This document shows positions 9,122-20,627 of a DNA stretch of 64,000 nucleotides, piece by piece. How positions within the stretch are numbered: the first letter of the stretch is position 1; every line of letters starts with the position of its first letter. This DNA comes from a bacterium (GTDB lineage: Bacteria > RBG-13-61-14 > DATKZS01): the NCBI GenBank assembly GCA_963674965.2, contig CAXXFL010000001.1:544001-608000 (forward strand), read 5' to 3'. A program made the translations under genes and the position numbers. Under the pieces are notes generated by a model that was not told the origin of the DNA, did no database searches, and saw only the letters and a list, made by a program, of their open reading frames with translations.

Positions 9122-9853
9122 TCAGCGGTTAAAAAGCTCTCCCGTGAAATTGAGCCACTGCATATAATTGTGAATAAGGAAGAAGCGCCACCAGAAGGCC
9201 GTCCGATTCATTACCTCCAGCCGTCCTATATCCATTTCGTTAACCAGGTCTTCTCCGCCCAGGGCCAGGAGAATATCTCTCCACTTTTGCCGCTGCGCCT
9301 CCATGACCAGGCGCGGCCTGAAACCAAGGCGAAGATAATGCTTGATGGCGGGAAGACGGAAATCCTCGGTCTGAAGCATGGCCGACCGAAAGCCCTGCTC
9401 CCGGAATCTTTGCAAACAGGCCGCCGCCAGCCAGTAGCCGAGCCCGGCGCCGCAGTGGTCCTTTTTAATGCCCAGCATGTGGACGTAGCCGCGGCATCTT
9501 TCCACGCCTGGCCACCTGAAGGCGGAGGCCGAGCCAACGGGCGCGCCGTCCCTGAGCAAAAAGATCACCCGGTCGGGCCTGAAACCGAAGTGGGGCCTCA
9601 TAAGCCTCCGGAACCTTACGGCGCTCCAGTAAGGACTGAAGGCCTCGGTCATGATCTCTCCCCAGGCCTCCTCGTCTCCATCCCTGAAGTCGCGAAGCTC
9701 GAAACCCGAGGGCAGACAAAGCTTTGGCAGCCCCTCCAGGTCGTCCCTCACGAGCTCGAGCTGGGGAAACTGGTACTCGCTACGGCCGTGGACTTCCTCC
9801 CAGCCGCCCTTGCCGCCAAGGAAATACCCCTCGATATGGTCGCCTATTTTCAT
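9122..9853 (-). CDS. GNAT-family N-acetyltransferase
   Basis: VHMLGIKKDHCGAGLG (motif A-like) and AIKHYLRLGF (motif B). Confidence 0.8.
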   Translation of the reverse strand: MKIGDHIEGYFLGGKGGWEEVHGRSEYQFPQLELVRDDLEGLPKLCLPSGFELRDFRDGDEEAWGEIMTEAFSPYWSAVRFRRLMRPHFGFRPDRVIFLLRDGAPVGSASAFRWPGVERCRGYVHMLGIKKDHCGAGLGYWLAAACLQRFREQGFRSAMLQTEDFRLPAIKHYLRLGFRPRLVMEAQRQKWRDILLALGGEDLVNEMDIGRLEVMNRTAFWWRFFLIHNYMQWLNFTGELFNR

Positions 9854-9880
9854 GTCACCGGAAAAAGAGCGCGGCCCCGG

Positions 9881-11890
9881 TCAATCGAGACTGAACTCGA
9901 CAAGGCCAGGCGAGCGGCCTATTTCGACTTCTCCGCCCCCCACCGCCTTGACCACCATGCCGTAACGGCCCGGCTCGAGCATGGTCCCCATGGATTTGGA
10001 TATGTCGCCAAGGGGGGCCTCGTTCCGGTCGAAACGGGCGCCCTCGGTCATGACCGTCATGGCCCGGCCGCCGCCTCCATCACCCTCGATTTTATACAGG
10101 TCCACCTCGTAATGACTGGCCCCCTTAGCGGGCCTCCATTTAAGCTCGAAGTCCCGGGCCTCCCCAAAGGAAATCGACTGGCCGTTGTGGGGGGACAAAA
10201 CCTCGAGCCGCTCGACGAAGCCGGCCTCGAAGGCCAGCGGCCCATTATCGCCCTCCACCGCCTTGAAGGAACCGGGCGGTCCCGTGAGGTTGGTGAAATC
10301 GTAAAGATCCTCGAGGGCGCCGGGAACGTAAACCAAATCCGAAAGCGCCGGCTCGCTGGGACGAGGATAATTGATTATCCTGAGGCCGTTGTAAACGTAG
10401 TTGCCAGGAGGAAGACTCACCGTGAAAGAACCGTCCGTCCCCGCCTGGACCGGCGTGGTGGCGCGGGAACAGCCGTCGAGAATAAGCTGGACCTCGGCCC
10501 CGGAAAGGCCTCGGCCCGCGGCCGTCACTCTTCCACGGATAAGGGCCTTGCCCTTGTCAAGCCTTGCCGGAGCGTCGCACTGATCGATCTCTCCGATTAT
10601 CTCGAGGGCCTCCTCCTTGGCCGCGGCCGAGCCGAAGGTCGTCCTAGGCTTGAGGCTCGAGCCCTTTTCCTCCGCGCGATCGGCCTCCTCCGTTTTTCCC
10701 ATCGACCGGAGCACCCGGGCAAAGTCGAAATACACCCGGTAATTTTCAGGGTCGGCCTCGATTATCTCCGAGTAGGTATGGGCCGCGCCGCTTAAGTCGC
10801 CGGCCGTCTCCTGGGCCATGGCCAGGGGAAGCATGGCCGCGTGCCTGGCTATCCCGGGAGGACCCCCGTTGGCCAGGGACTTGGACAGGTACTCCGCCGC
10901 CTGGGAGGCGTCGGCCTTGTTCGCCTCCGCTTTCGAGCTATAGGCCATGCTGACGCCGAGGTAATAAAGGACCCGAGGATCGTCGGGCGTCACCTGGACC
11001 GAGGTCTGGAAAAAACGGCGCGAGGCCCGGTAGTCGCCGCGCTGCTCGAAAGCCACGCCCGCCGCCGCCAGGCGGCTCGAGTCGATCCTTTGCGCGGCCG
11101 TTCCGGACCTGGCCTCCTTGACCGCGTCAAGGTGCTCGATGACGAGCCGCGCCGCCTCGAGGCCCTCGTCGTCCTCGAGCGCGCCGTAGGCGCTCTTCCT
11201 GGCCCCCTCGAAATCGTCGGACATGTAGCGCCCCACCGCCAGGTAAAGGCCCTCACGGGCGCCGCCGCCCTTGTCCCAGGCCTTATCGAGAAAAGGCATG
11301 GCGTCGTTTATCCTGTCCATCTCGAGATAGAACCGTCCCACCGCCACGTTCCACTCGGCCGTGCCCGACACCGAGGAGGGAACACGGCCGATCATGGCGT
11401 CTCCCGCCTTTTCCGCCCGCATGAGGCGGTTGGCGTCCATCTGCCCGGCCCAGGCCGAGGCGTTGCCGCCGTCGATCTTCCAGGCCTCGGAAAAGTCCTT
11501 TAAGGCGGCCGACAGTATGGTCGCCCTCTCTTCCTCGGACTGGGAGGACGGCAGGGCCGGGTCCAGGACCACGAGACGGCATTTGCCGGAAAGGACAAGG
11601 TCGGAGGACGGAAGAGCGGAGCCGGAGGAGGCCGCCGCCTCGAAGCGCCGGAGGGCCTTCTCGGCGTTGTCCCTGGCGTTTTCCCTGTAGCCCTGGGACT
11701 TCTCCACGCTGGTGGGACCGCCGCCGGACATGGCCACGGCGTCGTAATACTTATCCATAAAGGCCAGCGCCTTGCCCGCGTAGGAGCGGGCCTGGGCAAG
11801 TTCCGCGCTCTCGGCGGCCAAGACCTTGCCCATAAAAACGGCCAGGAGTAGAACAAAAACCCCAATCAGTGATTTATTTAAGCGAGACAT
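9881..11890 (-). CDS. exported TPR-repeat protein with C-terminal beta-sandwich (carboxypeptidase-regulatory-like) domain
   Basis: Signal peptide; TPR-like repeats (PDDPRVLYYLG, DPENYRVYFDFA); IRGRVT...TDGSFTVSLPPGNY. Confidence 0.75.
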   Translation of the reverse strand: MSRLNKSLIGVFVLLLAVFMGKVLAAESAELAQARSYAGKALAFMDKYYDAVAMSGGGPTSVEKSQGYRENARDNAEKALRRFEAAASSGSALPSSDLVLSGKCRLVVLDPALPSSQSEEERATILSAALKDFSEAWKIDGGNASAWAGQMDANRLMRAEKAGDAMIGRVPSSVSGTAEWNVAVGRFYLEMDRINDAMPFLDKAWDKGGGAREGLYLAVGRYMSDDFEGARKSAYGALEDDEGLEAARLVIEHLDAVKEARSGTAAQRIDSSRLAAAGVAFEQRGDYRASRRFFQTSVQVTPDDPRVLYYLGVSMAYSSKAEANKADASQAAEYLSKSLANGGPPGIARHAAMLPLAMAQETAGDLSGAAHTYSEIIEADPENYRVYFDFARVLRSMGKTEEADRAEEKGSSLKPRTTFGSAAAKEEALEIIGEIDQCDAPARLDKGKALIRGRVTAAGRGLSGAEVQLILDGCSRATTPVQAGTDGSFTVSLPPGNYVYNGLRIINYPRPSEPALSDLVYVPGALEDLYDFTNLTGPPGSFKAVEGDNGPLAFEAGFVERLEVLSPHNGQSISFGEARDFELKWRPAKGASHYEVDLYKIEGDGGGGRAMTVMTEGARFDRNEAPLGDISKSMGTMLEPGRYGMVVKAVGGGEVEIGRSPGLVEFSLD

Positions 11891-11934
11891 GTCAATTTAT
11901 CCGCGCGGGATAAAGTTCTTTCCCCGTTTTTATA

Positions 11935-13365
11935 TCATACTTTTTTCAGCTTCCATTTGCCAGTCCACACCCTGAAGGTCATGATAAGTATCCTTAATAT
12001 CAGGTCCGGGAACATGGAAAGAAATACTATCTGCACCGGCGGATGAAAGACGGCGTAAACCGCGGCCGCCATGATCACTCGGCCGCCGTACATGCCCACC
12101 GAGGAGGCCACCAGGGGAGGAATGGTGTCGCCCGCGCCCCTCAGCCCGCCGGCGATGGGAAAGGACAGCCCCATAAGAGGCATAACCAGCATTAAAAGAA
12201 AAATGTATTCCCTGGCGTACTCGATGGGGTCCTCGAAGCCCGACGCGTGGAGGGACTCCCCCTGCAAGGACCCGAAAAGCCACTCGATCACTCCGGGCGT
12301 GGCGGCCTCGTAAAGACCAATGCCCATGACGGCCATCATCACGAACCCGAGCATGGCGCAGCGCCGGAAAGCCATCTCCGCCCTGGCGTGGTCTCCGGCC
12401 CCCAGCGACTGTCCCACTATGGTGGTGGCCGCCGTCTGCACGCCAAAGGCCGGGGTCTGTACCAGTCCCACTATCCCGAAACCGATGAAGTAGCCCGCCG
12501 CCGCCGTCTCGCCGTATTTGTAGACGATGCCAACGTAAACCAGGAGTCCCACCTGAATAAGTATCCACTCCATGGCGGAGGGAACGCCGATCTTGAAGAT
12601 GGAAACGCCGATCTCGTTTATGGGCCGCCAGCCGCGGCGAGGCAGCTTGAGAACGGCCTTGTTCAAGACGAAGACCAGGATGAGCAAGGCCGAGAAAACC
12701 CCGAAGGAAATTATTATGGCCAGGGCCGCGCCGAACACCTCGAGACGGGGCAGGCCAAAGCCCCCCAGGATCAAGCCGTAGGACAAAACGAGTGACAGAA
12801 CGCCCATGACCAGGCCCGCGAACATGGGGGTCCTGGTGTCGCCCGCCCCTCGAAGTCCGGAGCTTAAAAAAAAGCCCGGCACGATGACGGGAGCGGCCAG
12901 AAAAAGGGAGGTCATGAAAAGGGCCCCCTGCCTGGCCGACTCGGGTGAGGCCGTAATCAGATGGAAGATTACCCTCGAGAGGGGAACGCCCAGGATCGCG
13001 ATAAGCAGCGCCAAAAGCTCGCCGTAGATAAGGCTCTGCTGAAGTACCTCTCCTGCCTTGCGCCTGTCGCCCGCTCCCCAGTGCCTGGCCACCAGGGCCG
13101 TCGTGCCCACGCCCACCGCCGCGATGACCGTGATGATGACGAAAAATATCATCATGCCCACGTTCACCGCGTTAAAAGCCGTGGGCCCCAGTTTGCTGAC
13201 GATTATCCTCGAGACGAAACCAACCGCCGCGTTAAGTCCCTGCCCGATGAACACCGGCCAGGCCAGCCTCCATATCTCCCGGTAAAGCGCGGTAAGATCG
13301 CCCGCGCCGCCGCCGTCCCGAAACAACGAGGTCCGGATGGACGCGCTCGGAACGGGAACGGTCAT
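11935..13365 (-). CDS. MATE-family efflux transporter
   Basis: About 12 TM segments; LAWP motif; two LRGAGDT repeats. Confidence 0.92.
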   Translation of the reverse strand: MTVPVPSASIRTSLFRDGGGAGDLTALYREIWRLAWPVFIGQGLNAAVGFVSRIIVSKLGPTAFNAVNVGMMIFFVIITVIAAVGVGTTALVARHWGAGDRRKAGEVLQQSLIYGELLALLIAILGVPLSRVIFHLITASPESARQGALFMTSLFLAAPVIVPGFFLSSGLRGAGDTRTPMFAGLVMGVLSLVLSYGLILGGFGLPRLEVFGAALAIIISFGVFSALLILVFVLNKAVLKLPRRGWRPINEIGVSIFKIGVPSAMEWILIQVGLLVYVGIVYKYGETAAAGYFIGFGIVGLVQTPAFGVQTAATTIVGQSLGAGDHARAEMAFRRCAMLGFVMMAVMGIGLYEAATPGVIEWLFGSLQGESLHASGFEDPIEYAREYIFLLMLVMPLMGLSFPIAGGLRGAGDTIPPLVASSVGMYGGRVIMAAAVYAVFHPPVQIVFLSMFPDLILRILIMTFRVWTGKWKLKKV

Positions 13366-13387
13366 GAAAGAGGACCTCTTTCAGCGC

Positions 13388-14062
13388 TCATCGCGTGGCC
13401 CACGATTGAAGGATCAAGAAAAAAAAGTTGCCGCCTCCGTGAGCCAGGGCCGGGACCAGGATCGAGCCCGACCTCTCCCTGAAAAGCCCGAAAAGGAGCC
13501 CGGGGAAAAACACCAGAAGATGGATGGGGTTGCTTCGCGAGATCAGGTGGCCTAAAGCAAAAAGGGCCGAGGCGATAAAAAGGCCCGGCCCGAACTCGGC
13601 CCCGAAAAGGGTCCACCTTTTGGGAAGAAGGCCGCTGAGTCTTTCCTGGAGCCAGCCCCGGAAAAAGACCTCCTCGGGAAGGGCCACACCTAACAGGTGC
13701 CACGTGGCCAGGCCCCAAAAGTTCTCGGGCGCCTTGGCCGCGAACTCGTGACCCAGGACGAAACGGAAAAGGACGTACCATCCAATCAGGAAAGCCGGAA
13801 GCACGGCAAGGAAAAAAACCGCCAACTCGAGGCCGGCGTCTCGCCAGTCGGGGAAACGAAGCCCGACCGTCTCCAGTCCGCGCCTTCCGATAAGGCACGC
13901 GGCGATGGGGGCGTACAGGAACGTCGCCGGTACCAGCCAGTATTTGGTTCTTCCCGCGGGGAAGAAGGAAAGGGCGGCCGCCGCCAGGGAAAGGACCAGG
14001 AAAATTTCCAGGAGTTTTTTTCCCGCCGGCCCGGTGACGGCCGGTGAAGGGTTATTCTCCAG
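13388..14062 (-). CDS. CPBP (CAAX/Abi-type) intramembrane glutamic endopeptidase, myxosortase-like
   Basis: PEEVFFRGWLQ, FALGH and AHGGGN motifs. The frame stays open upstream of the listed TTG (13825) to a CTG at 14062 and adds two hydrophobic helices; the start position is inferred. Confidence 0.82.
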   Translation of the reverse strand: MENNPSPAVTGPAGKKLLEIFLVLSLAAAALSFFPAGRTKYWLVPATFLYAPIAACLIGRRGLETVGLRFPDWRDAGLELAVFFLAVLPAFLIGWYVLFRFVLGHEFAAKAPENFWGLATWHLLGVALPEEVFFRGWLQERLSGLLPKRWTLFGAEFGPGLFIASALFALGHLISRSNPIHLLVFFPGLLFGLFRERSGSILVPALAHGGGNFFFLILQSWATR

Positions 14063-14381
14063 TTATTGACTCCATGAACTTGGAAATAAAGCCCTTGGCC
14101 TTCCTGCCCTCGAGCAGGAGCTCGAGTTCGCCGTCGTCAAGGTACACGCCCTTGCACGACTTGCATTTATCGATAACCACGTCCGCGTAGCTCTTCTCTT
14201 CCATGTCGCCGCCGCACTTGGGGCACTTCATCCAGGTGTCGCACTTGTTCTCTTTTTGAGCCTCGCGTTTTTCGTTCAGCTTCTCGCGCAGGGCCTTGCG
14301 CTTGAGTTGTTCCTGCTCGGCGAAGTACTGCTCTTCCTGCTCGATTCTGTTCTTGGGTTTGGGTATTTTCTGATCCGCCAT
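14052..14381 (-). CDS. zf-TFIIB-like zinc-ribbon protein
   Basis: EEQYF helix followed by CPKCGG...IDKCKSCKGVYLDDGELE; GGAGG SD before ATG 14381. Confidence 0.85.
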   Translation of the reverse strand: MADQKIPKPKNRIEQEEQYFAEQEQLKRKALREKLNEKREAQKENKCDTWMKCPKCGGDMEEKSYADVVIDKCKSCKGVYLDDGELELLLEGRKAKGFISKFMESITGE

Positions 14382-14493
14382 CGTAAACTTCCTCCAGGTT
14401 ACTATTCTATTTTTTTTCCGCCGGGGCGGATAATAAAATATACCATACCGGGCCGGAACTCGCCACCAAAGGCGACCCAAGCCGGGCCCAAAA

Positions 14494-16776
14494 TCAGTCC
14501 ACCAGGATAAGCGGAGCGTAAATGGCCAGAAATTTTTTCGTTCCTCTCGCGAACTTCACCACTACCCGCGTTTTATCTCCACTCTCCTCCAGGCGCTTGA
14601 CCACCCCCTCGCCGAAAGAGTCGTGGTAAACGCGGCAACCCGGAGCGAAAACCACGCCGTCGGGACGCTCGAAGCCCTCATCGCTCACGGGCTCGTCGTA
14701 AATAATCTCCGAGTCGCCGAAGTCCACCCGGCGCCCTTCCCTTTTCTTCTCCCTGGTCTTGGACTTGGCCCTGGCCCTGGCCGTGCCGCGCCCGGTCTCG
14801 AAAAGGCCGGCCTGGCTTGGCCGCGCCGCCCCGATCGTCTCGACCAGGTCCTCCGGTATCTCGGCGAGGAACTGGGAGGGCCTTTGGAACTCGAGTCTCC
14901 CCTTGATCACGCGCTGGAGGGCCCGCGTCATGGTCAACTCCTCCTTGGCCCTGGTCATGCCCACGTAGCAAAGGCGTCTTTCCTCCTCGAGGGCCCGCCG
15001 CTCGAAGCCCTCGGGCCCGTGGAATATGGACATCGAGTGGGGGAAAAGTCCCTCTTCCATGCCCACCATGAAGACCACGGGGAACTCGAGACCCTTGGCG
15101 CTGTGAATGGTCATGAGGGTGAGGTTTCCTCCCGAGGCGTCGAACCGGTCCATGTCCTGGGCCAGGGAAACCTTCTCGAGGAAACCGGCCAGAGATGGGT
15201 CGTCACTGCTGATGGCGTGGTCCGTGGCCGCGTTGATCAGTTCCTCCAGGTTCTCGAGCCTGGACTGGGCCTCGACTCCCCCCTCCTTCTCGAGCATGGC
15301 CGAGTAGCCGGAAAGCTCGATGGCGTCCCTTACCAGCCCCGGCAGGGAGGCGTCCATCTTGCCCTGGAGGACCCTGATAATTTTTAAAAACTCCTCGAGT
15401 CCCCCCCGGGCTTTCTTGCCCGCGGCCTCCCGGATGATCACCTCCTCGACCGCCTCGAGCCAGCCGATTTCCTCGAGCCTTTTTAGACCGGCCACGGCCT
15501 CGATGGTTTTGGCCCCCACCCCCCTGGCCGGCAGGTTGATCACTCGGAGAAGGGCCACCTCGTCCTCCGGGTTGAGGACCAGCTTCAGGTAGGCCAGAAT
15601 GTCCTTGATCTCCTTGCGGTCATAAAACCGGGTCCCCCCGTAGATAACGTAATGCAAGTCCCTTGCCCGGAGCGCGTCCTCGATGACCCGGCTCTGGGCG
15701 TGGGTGCGGTAAAACACCGCCATCTCGCTCAGGCCCCGGCCCATGCCCAGGCGCCTAAGGGCCTCCTCGATGACCCACCTGGCCTCCTCCCGGTCGTCAT
15801 TCGCCGTGTAAAGCCGGACCCGGGAACCGCGGGGACCGTCGCTCCAAAGTCTTTTGTTCTTGCGCTCCGAGTTATGAGAGATCACCGCGCTCGAGGCCTC
15901 GATGATCGACTTGGTGCTGCGGTAGTTCTGCTCGAGCATGACCACTTTGGCCTCGGGATAATCGGACTCGAAGTTCAGGATGTTGGTCAGGTCCGCGCCC
16001 CTCCACCCGTAAATCGACTGGTCCTCGTCCCCCACCACGCAGATCGAGCCGGAATCTCCCACCAGCTCCCGCACGATGAGGTACTGGACCCGGTTCGTGT
16101 CCTGGTACTCGTCGACCAGCACGTGGCGGAAACGGTCCCTATACTTCGCCAGGGTCTCGGGCGAGGTCTTGAAAAGCTTGTAGGTCAAAAATAGAAGGTC
16201 CCCGAAATCGACGGCGTTGCTGGCCTTGAGCCTTTCCTGGTAGGAGGTCAAAAGAGGCACGAAGGGCTCGATCCTCGGGTCCGGGAAAGTCGCCACGTCC
16301 TCCATGTCGATGGCCTCGCGCTTGACGGCGTCGACCCACGAGCGCAGGGACTTGGGCGTGACCTTTTTCGGGTCCAGGCCGCTGTCCTTGATGACGGTCT
16401 TTAAAAGAGATAATTGGTCCGAGTCGTCATAGATCACGAAGGAGGAAGGGTAGCCGATCGTCTCGGCCTCCATCCTCAGTATCCTCGCGCCCAGGCCGTG
16501 GAAGGTGCTGATCCAGGCCCCCGAGGCGTCCCTTCCCAAAAGCCCGCCTATCCGGTGGCTCATCTCCTCGGCCGCCTTGTTGGTAAAGGTCACGGCCAGA
16601 AGGTTCCAGGGATCGACGCCCACGGCCTTTATCAAGTGGGCCACCCGGTGGACTATGACCCTGGTCTTGCCCGACCCGGCTCCCGCGACTATTAATAGAG
16701 GCCCGCCCGAGTACTCGGCCGCCTCCCGCTGGGGGCCGTTAAGGCCCGCTAGCCATTCACTATCCGTCGAATTCAT
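14494..16776 (-). CDS. pcrA: ATP-dependent DNA helicase PcrA/UvrD
   Basis: AGAGSGKT, TFTNKAA, DEYQDTN, GDEDQSIYGWRGA, TIHSAKGLEFP, EEERRLCYVGMTRA and a C-terminal Tudor-like domain. Confidence 0.95.
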   Translation of the reverse strand: MNSTDSEWLAGLNGPQREAAEYSGGPLLIVAGAGSGKTRVIVHRVAHLIKAVGVDPWNLLAVTFTNKAAEEMSHRIGGLLGRDASGAWISTFHGLGARILRMEAETIGYPSSFVIYDDSDQLSLLKTVIKDSGLDPKKVTPKSLRSWVDAVKREAIDMEDVATFPDPRIEPFVPLLTSYQERLKASNAVDFGDLLFLTYKLFKTSPETLAKYRDRFRHVLVDEYQDTNRVQYLIVRELVGDSGSICVVGDEDQSIYGWRGADLTNILNFESDYPEAKVVMLEQNYRSTKSIIEASSAVISHNSERKNKRLWSDGPRGSRVRLYTANDDREEARWVIEEALRRLGMGRGLSEMAVFYRTHAQSRVIEDALRARDLHYVIYGGTRFYDRKEIKDILAYLKLVLNPEDEVALLRVINLPARGVGAKTIEAVAGLKRLEEIGWLEAVEEVIIREAAGKKARGGLEEFLKIIRVLQGKMDASLPGLVRDAIELSGYSAMLEKEGGVEAQSRLENLEELINAATDHAISSDDPSLAGFLEKVSLAQDMDRFDASGGNLTLMTIHSAKGLEFPVVFMVGMEEGLFPHSMSIFHGPEGFERRALEEERRLCYVGMTRAKEELTMTRALQRVIKGRLEFQRPSQFLAEIPEDLVETIGAARPSQAGLFETGRGTARARAKSKTREKKREGRRVDFGDSEIIYDEPVSDEGFERPDGVVFAPGCRVYHDSFGEGVVKRLEESGDKTRVVVKFARGTKKFLAIYAPLILVD

Positions 16777-16853
16777 CTTTGTCTTTCTATTTTATTCCTC
16801 GCGGACGCTCAGCCCTGAGGTGGATTTCTTTTTCGTTCCCTGAAACGCCTGGA

Positions 16854-17306
16854 CTAAACGCCCGTGTGTCCGAAGCCTCCGGCGGCCCGATCGGTTTCAT
16901 CCAGCTCTTTTGCCTCCTCCCACTTAGCCTCGATGACGGACGCCACCACGAGCTGGGCCACCCGGTCGCCGGGCCGAATGGTAAAGGGTTCGCCCCCCAG
17001 GTTCATCATGATGATCTTCAGCTCTCCCCGGTAGTCCGAGTCAATGGTGCCGGGCGAGTTGGGAAGGATTATCCCGTGCTTGAGCGCCAGTCCCGACCGG
17101 GGCCGGACCTGGACCTCGTATCCCGGCGGAATGGAGAGGGCCATGCCGGTGGGCACGGCGGTCCTTCCCCCCGGCTCGAGGGTAAAGGGACCGGCCAGGG
17201 AGGCCCGCACGTCGTAGCCCGCCGAGCCCCCGGTCTGTTTCTCCGGCATGGATACCGGCCCCGCGGCGTCCGCCAGCTTCAATACCTTTATCACGGTCCC
17301 GCTCAT
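16854..17306 (-). CDS. dut: dUTP diphosphatase
   Basis: AGYD, RPRSGLA, GTIDSDYRGE and RAAGGFGHTG motifs. Confidence 0.97.
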   Translation of the reverse strand: MSGTVIKVLKLADAAGPVSMPEKQTGGSAGYDVRASLAGPFTLEPGGRTAVPTGMALSIPPGYEVQVRPRSGLALKHGIILPNSPGTIDSDYRGELKIIMMNLGGEPFTIRPGDRVAQLVVASVIEAKWEEAKELDETDRAAGGFGHTGV

Positions 17307-17487
17307 TTATCCTCCTTACAAGCAGGGTATCTCGCGCTTCCGGACAATGCAATCCAGGAAATGTACCTCCGGCGGCCGGGAAGAGGCCCTCCAAAAGCCG
17401 CGCCGACTTGAGGCTGGCAATCCGGGATTCTTACTGGTAGACTCTACCTAACCCGCCCGGTGGCGGGAAACGACTCGGAGTACTCTC

Positions 17488-18081
17488 TTGAATAACGCAA
17501 ACGGCCAGGCGGCGTCGATCAGGGCTTTCATAGCCGTCGGCGTTCCCGACTCGATCAGGTCGCGCCTGGAGGACCTTCATTCCAAGCTTCGCCGCCTTGA
17601 CGCCGACGTCAAGTGGGTCAGACCCGGCTCGATGCACCTCACCCTAAGGTTCCTGGGCGATATCCCCGCCGGCCGGGTGGACGAGGTCCAGGAGGCGATG
17701 GACGCGGCCTTGAAGGACGTCTCGCCCGTCGAGATCGAGATCGGAGGAAGCGGCGCGTTTCCCAATTCCCGCCGTCCTCGTGTATACTGGTTAGGAATAA
17801 AAGGCGGCGCTCCCGAGTTGGAAAAAATGTTCGGCCTGCTCGATCCGGAGCTTTTCTCCCGAGGCTTCGGACACGCCGACAAGCGTTTCTCGGCCCACCT
17901 TACCCTGGGCAGGGTCAGGTCGGGAAGAGGATCGGAGAAAGTGGCGGGCCTTCTCGAGAGGGAGGCGGCGGGGACCATCGGGTCGTTCACGGCCTCGAGG
18001 GTGGTTCTCTACCGAAGCGAGCTCAGGCCGGAGGGAGCAAAGTACACGAGTCTCCGCGAGACGCTTTTGCGGGGTGGTTAA
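17488..18081 (+). CDS. thpR: RNA 2',3'-cyclic phosphodiesterase (2H family)
   Basis: RAFIAV plus two HxT motifs ([14 protein letters not shown]); upstream of recA. Exact start uncertain. Confidence 0.92.
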   Translation: MNNANGQAASIRAFIAVGVPDSIRSRLEDLHSKLRRLDADVKWVRPGSMHLTLRFLGDIPAGRVDEVQEAMDAALKDVSPVEIEIGGSGAFPNSRRPRVYWLGIKGGAPELEKMFGLLDPELFSRGFGHADKRFSAHLTLGRVRSGRGSEKVAGLLEREAAGTIGSFTASRVVLYRSELRPEGAKYTSLRETLLRGG

Positions 18082-18148
18082 AAGCGGTCCCCAAAGGGGG
18101 CGGCGACAATTCGGGCGTCGATGGACGCCGACGCGCATGGAGGACGAA

Positions 18149-19228
<1,080 letters not shown>

Positions 19229-19319
19229 ATCGGTTTCCAGATAGGGTAAAATAGATAATCAGTCGCGAGAATCCGTAGTGACGTGAAAAACGAAACTCGT
19301 TTAGAAAAAGGAGATCGCC

Positions 19320-20579
19320 ATGTCTCAACCGACACCTCCCAAGGCTTCGGCGCCGGGGGGCGGGGGGGGCGCCCGGCAGGGGACCTCGGACCTTAACCAG
19401 ATACTCAAGGTCGCCCTTAACGCGGGGTCCTCGGACGTCCACATCAAGGCCGGACTGCCGCCCATCTTCCGCATCGACGGGTCCCTTTACCCCTACAAGG
19501 AGTCCCCGCGGCTGACGCCCGACATGGTCAACCGCATCGCCTTCGGCATCATGAACAAGGGCCAGCAGGAAAAGTTCAGGAACGACTTCGAGATCGACCT
19601 GGCCTACGGCGTGCCGGGACTGGGAAGGTTCCGCGTCAACATCTTCCAGCAAAGAGGCACCGTGGGAATAGTGCTCCGGGCCATCCCCTTCAACATCCTG
19701 AACATAGAGCAGCTTTACCTGCCGCCGGTCATCGGCAAGATAGCCATGGAACAGCGCGGGCTTATCCTGGTTACGGGGACCACCGGCTCGGGAAAATCGA
19801 CCACCCTGGCCGCCATGATCGACCTCATCAACTCGACCCGGACCTGCCACATCGTCACCATCGAGGACCCCATCGAGTTCCTGCATCGCGACAAGAAAAG
19901 CATCGTCAACCAAAGGGAGGTCGGCTTCGATACCAAGTCCTTCGCGATCTCCCTCAAGAGCGCCCTCCGGCAGGACCCCGACGTCATTCTCGTCGGCGAA
20001 ATGAGAGACTTCGAGACCATCGAGACGGCCCTTACGGCGGCCGAGACCGGACACCTCGTGCTCTCGACCCTGCACACCATCGACGCCACCGAGACCATCA
20101 CCCGCGTGGTCACCGCCTTCCCGCCTTTCCAGCAAAAGCAGATTCGGCTCCAGCTCGCGGGCATCATTAAAGGCGTCATCTCCCAGCGCCTGGTACCCAG
20201 GTCCGACGGCAAGGGCCGGGTCCCGGCCGTCGAGATACTGGTCTCGACCGGCAGGATCAGGGAGTGCATCGAGGACAAGGACCGGACCAAGGAGGTAAGG
20301 GACGCCATCTCCACGGGCCATCAGATTTACGGGATGCAGACCTTCGACCAGTCCCTTATGCTCCTTTATCGCAGAAAGCTCATCACCTTCGAGGAGGCCC
20401 TTCGCCAGTCCACCAACCCCGACGACTTCAAGCTCAAGGTCAGTGGAATATCGGGAGGCTCGGACGCGGCGGCCTGGTCCGACTTCGCCGGGGAGGGCGG
20501 AGACGACGACGGAGGAGAAGGCGGCTCCAGCGGTGGAGCGGCCGGCGGTCCCGACGACCTCCAGATCGAGCGCTTCTAA
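19320..20579 (+). CDS. pilT: PilT/PilU-family type IV pilus retraction ATPase
   Basis: GTTGSGKSTT, TIEDPIEF, ALRQDPDVILVGEMRD, AAETGHLVLSTLHT, GMQTFDQSL. Confidence 0.93.
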   Translation: MSQPTPPKASAPGGGGGARQGTSDLNQILKVALNAGSSDVHIKAGLPPIFRIDGSLYPYKESPRLTPDMVNRIAFGIMNKGQQEKFRNDFEIDLAYGVPGLGRFRVNIFQQRGTVGIVLRAIPFNILNIEQLYLPPVIGKIAMEQRGLILVTGTTGSGKSTTLAAMIDLINSTRTCHIVTIEDPIEFLHRDKKSIVNQREVGFDTKSFAISLKSALRQDPDVILVGEMRDFETIETALTAAETGHLVLSTLHTIDATETITRVVTAFPPFQQKQIRLQLAGIIKGVISQRLVPRSDGKGRVPAVEILVSTGRIRECIEDKDRTKEVRDAISTGHQIYGMQTFDQSLMLLYRRKLITFEEALRQSTNPDDFKLKVSGISGGSDAAAWSDFAGEGGDDDGGEGGSSGGAAGGPDDLQIERF

Positions 20580-20587
20580 TCGGTATC

Positions 20588-20627
20588 AAACCGGGCGTCG
20601 TGGCTTTGCGGCGCCCGGCTTTTCTTT
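20588..20627 (+). terminator. Rho-independent terminator after pilT
   Basis: CCGGGCGTCG / CGGCGCCCGG stem followed by CTTTTCTTT. Confidence 0.65.
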
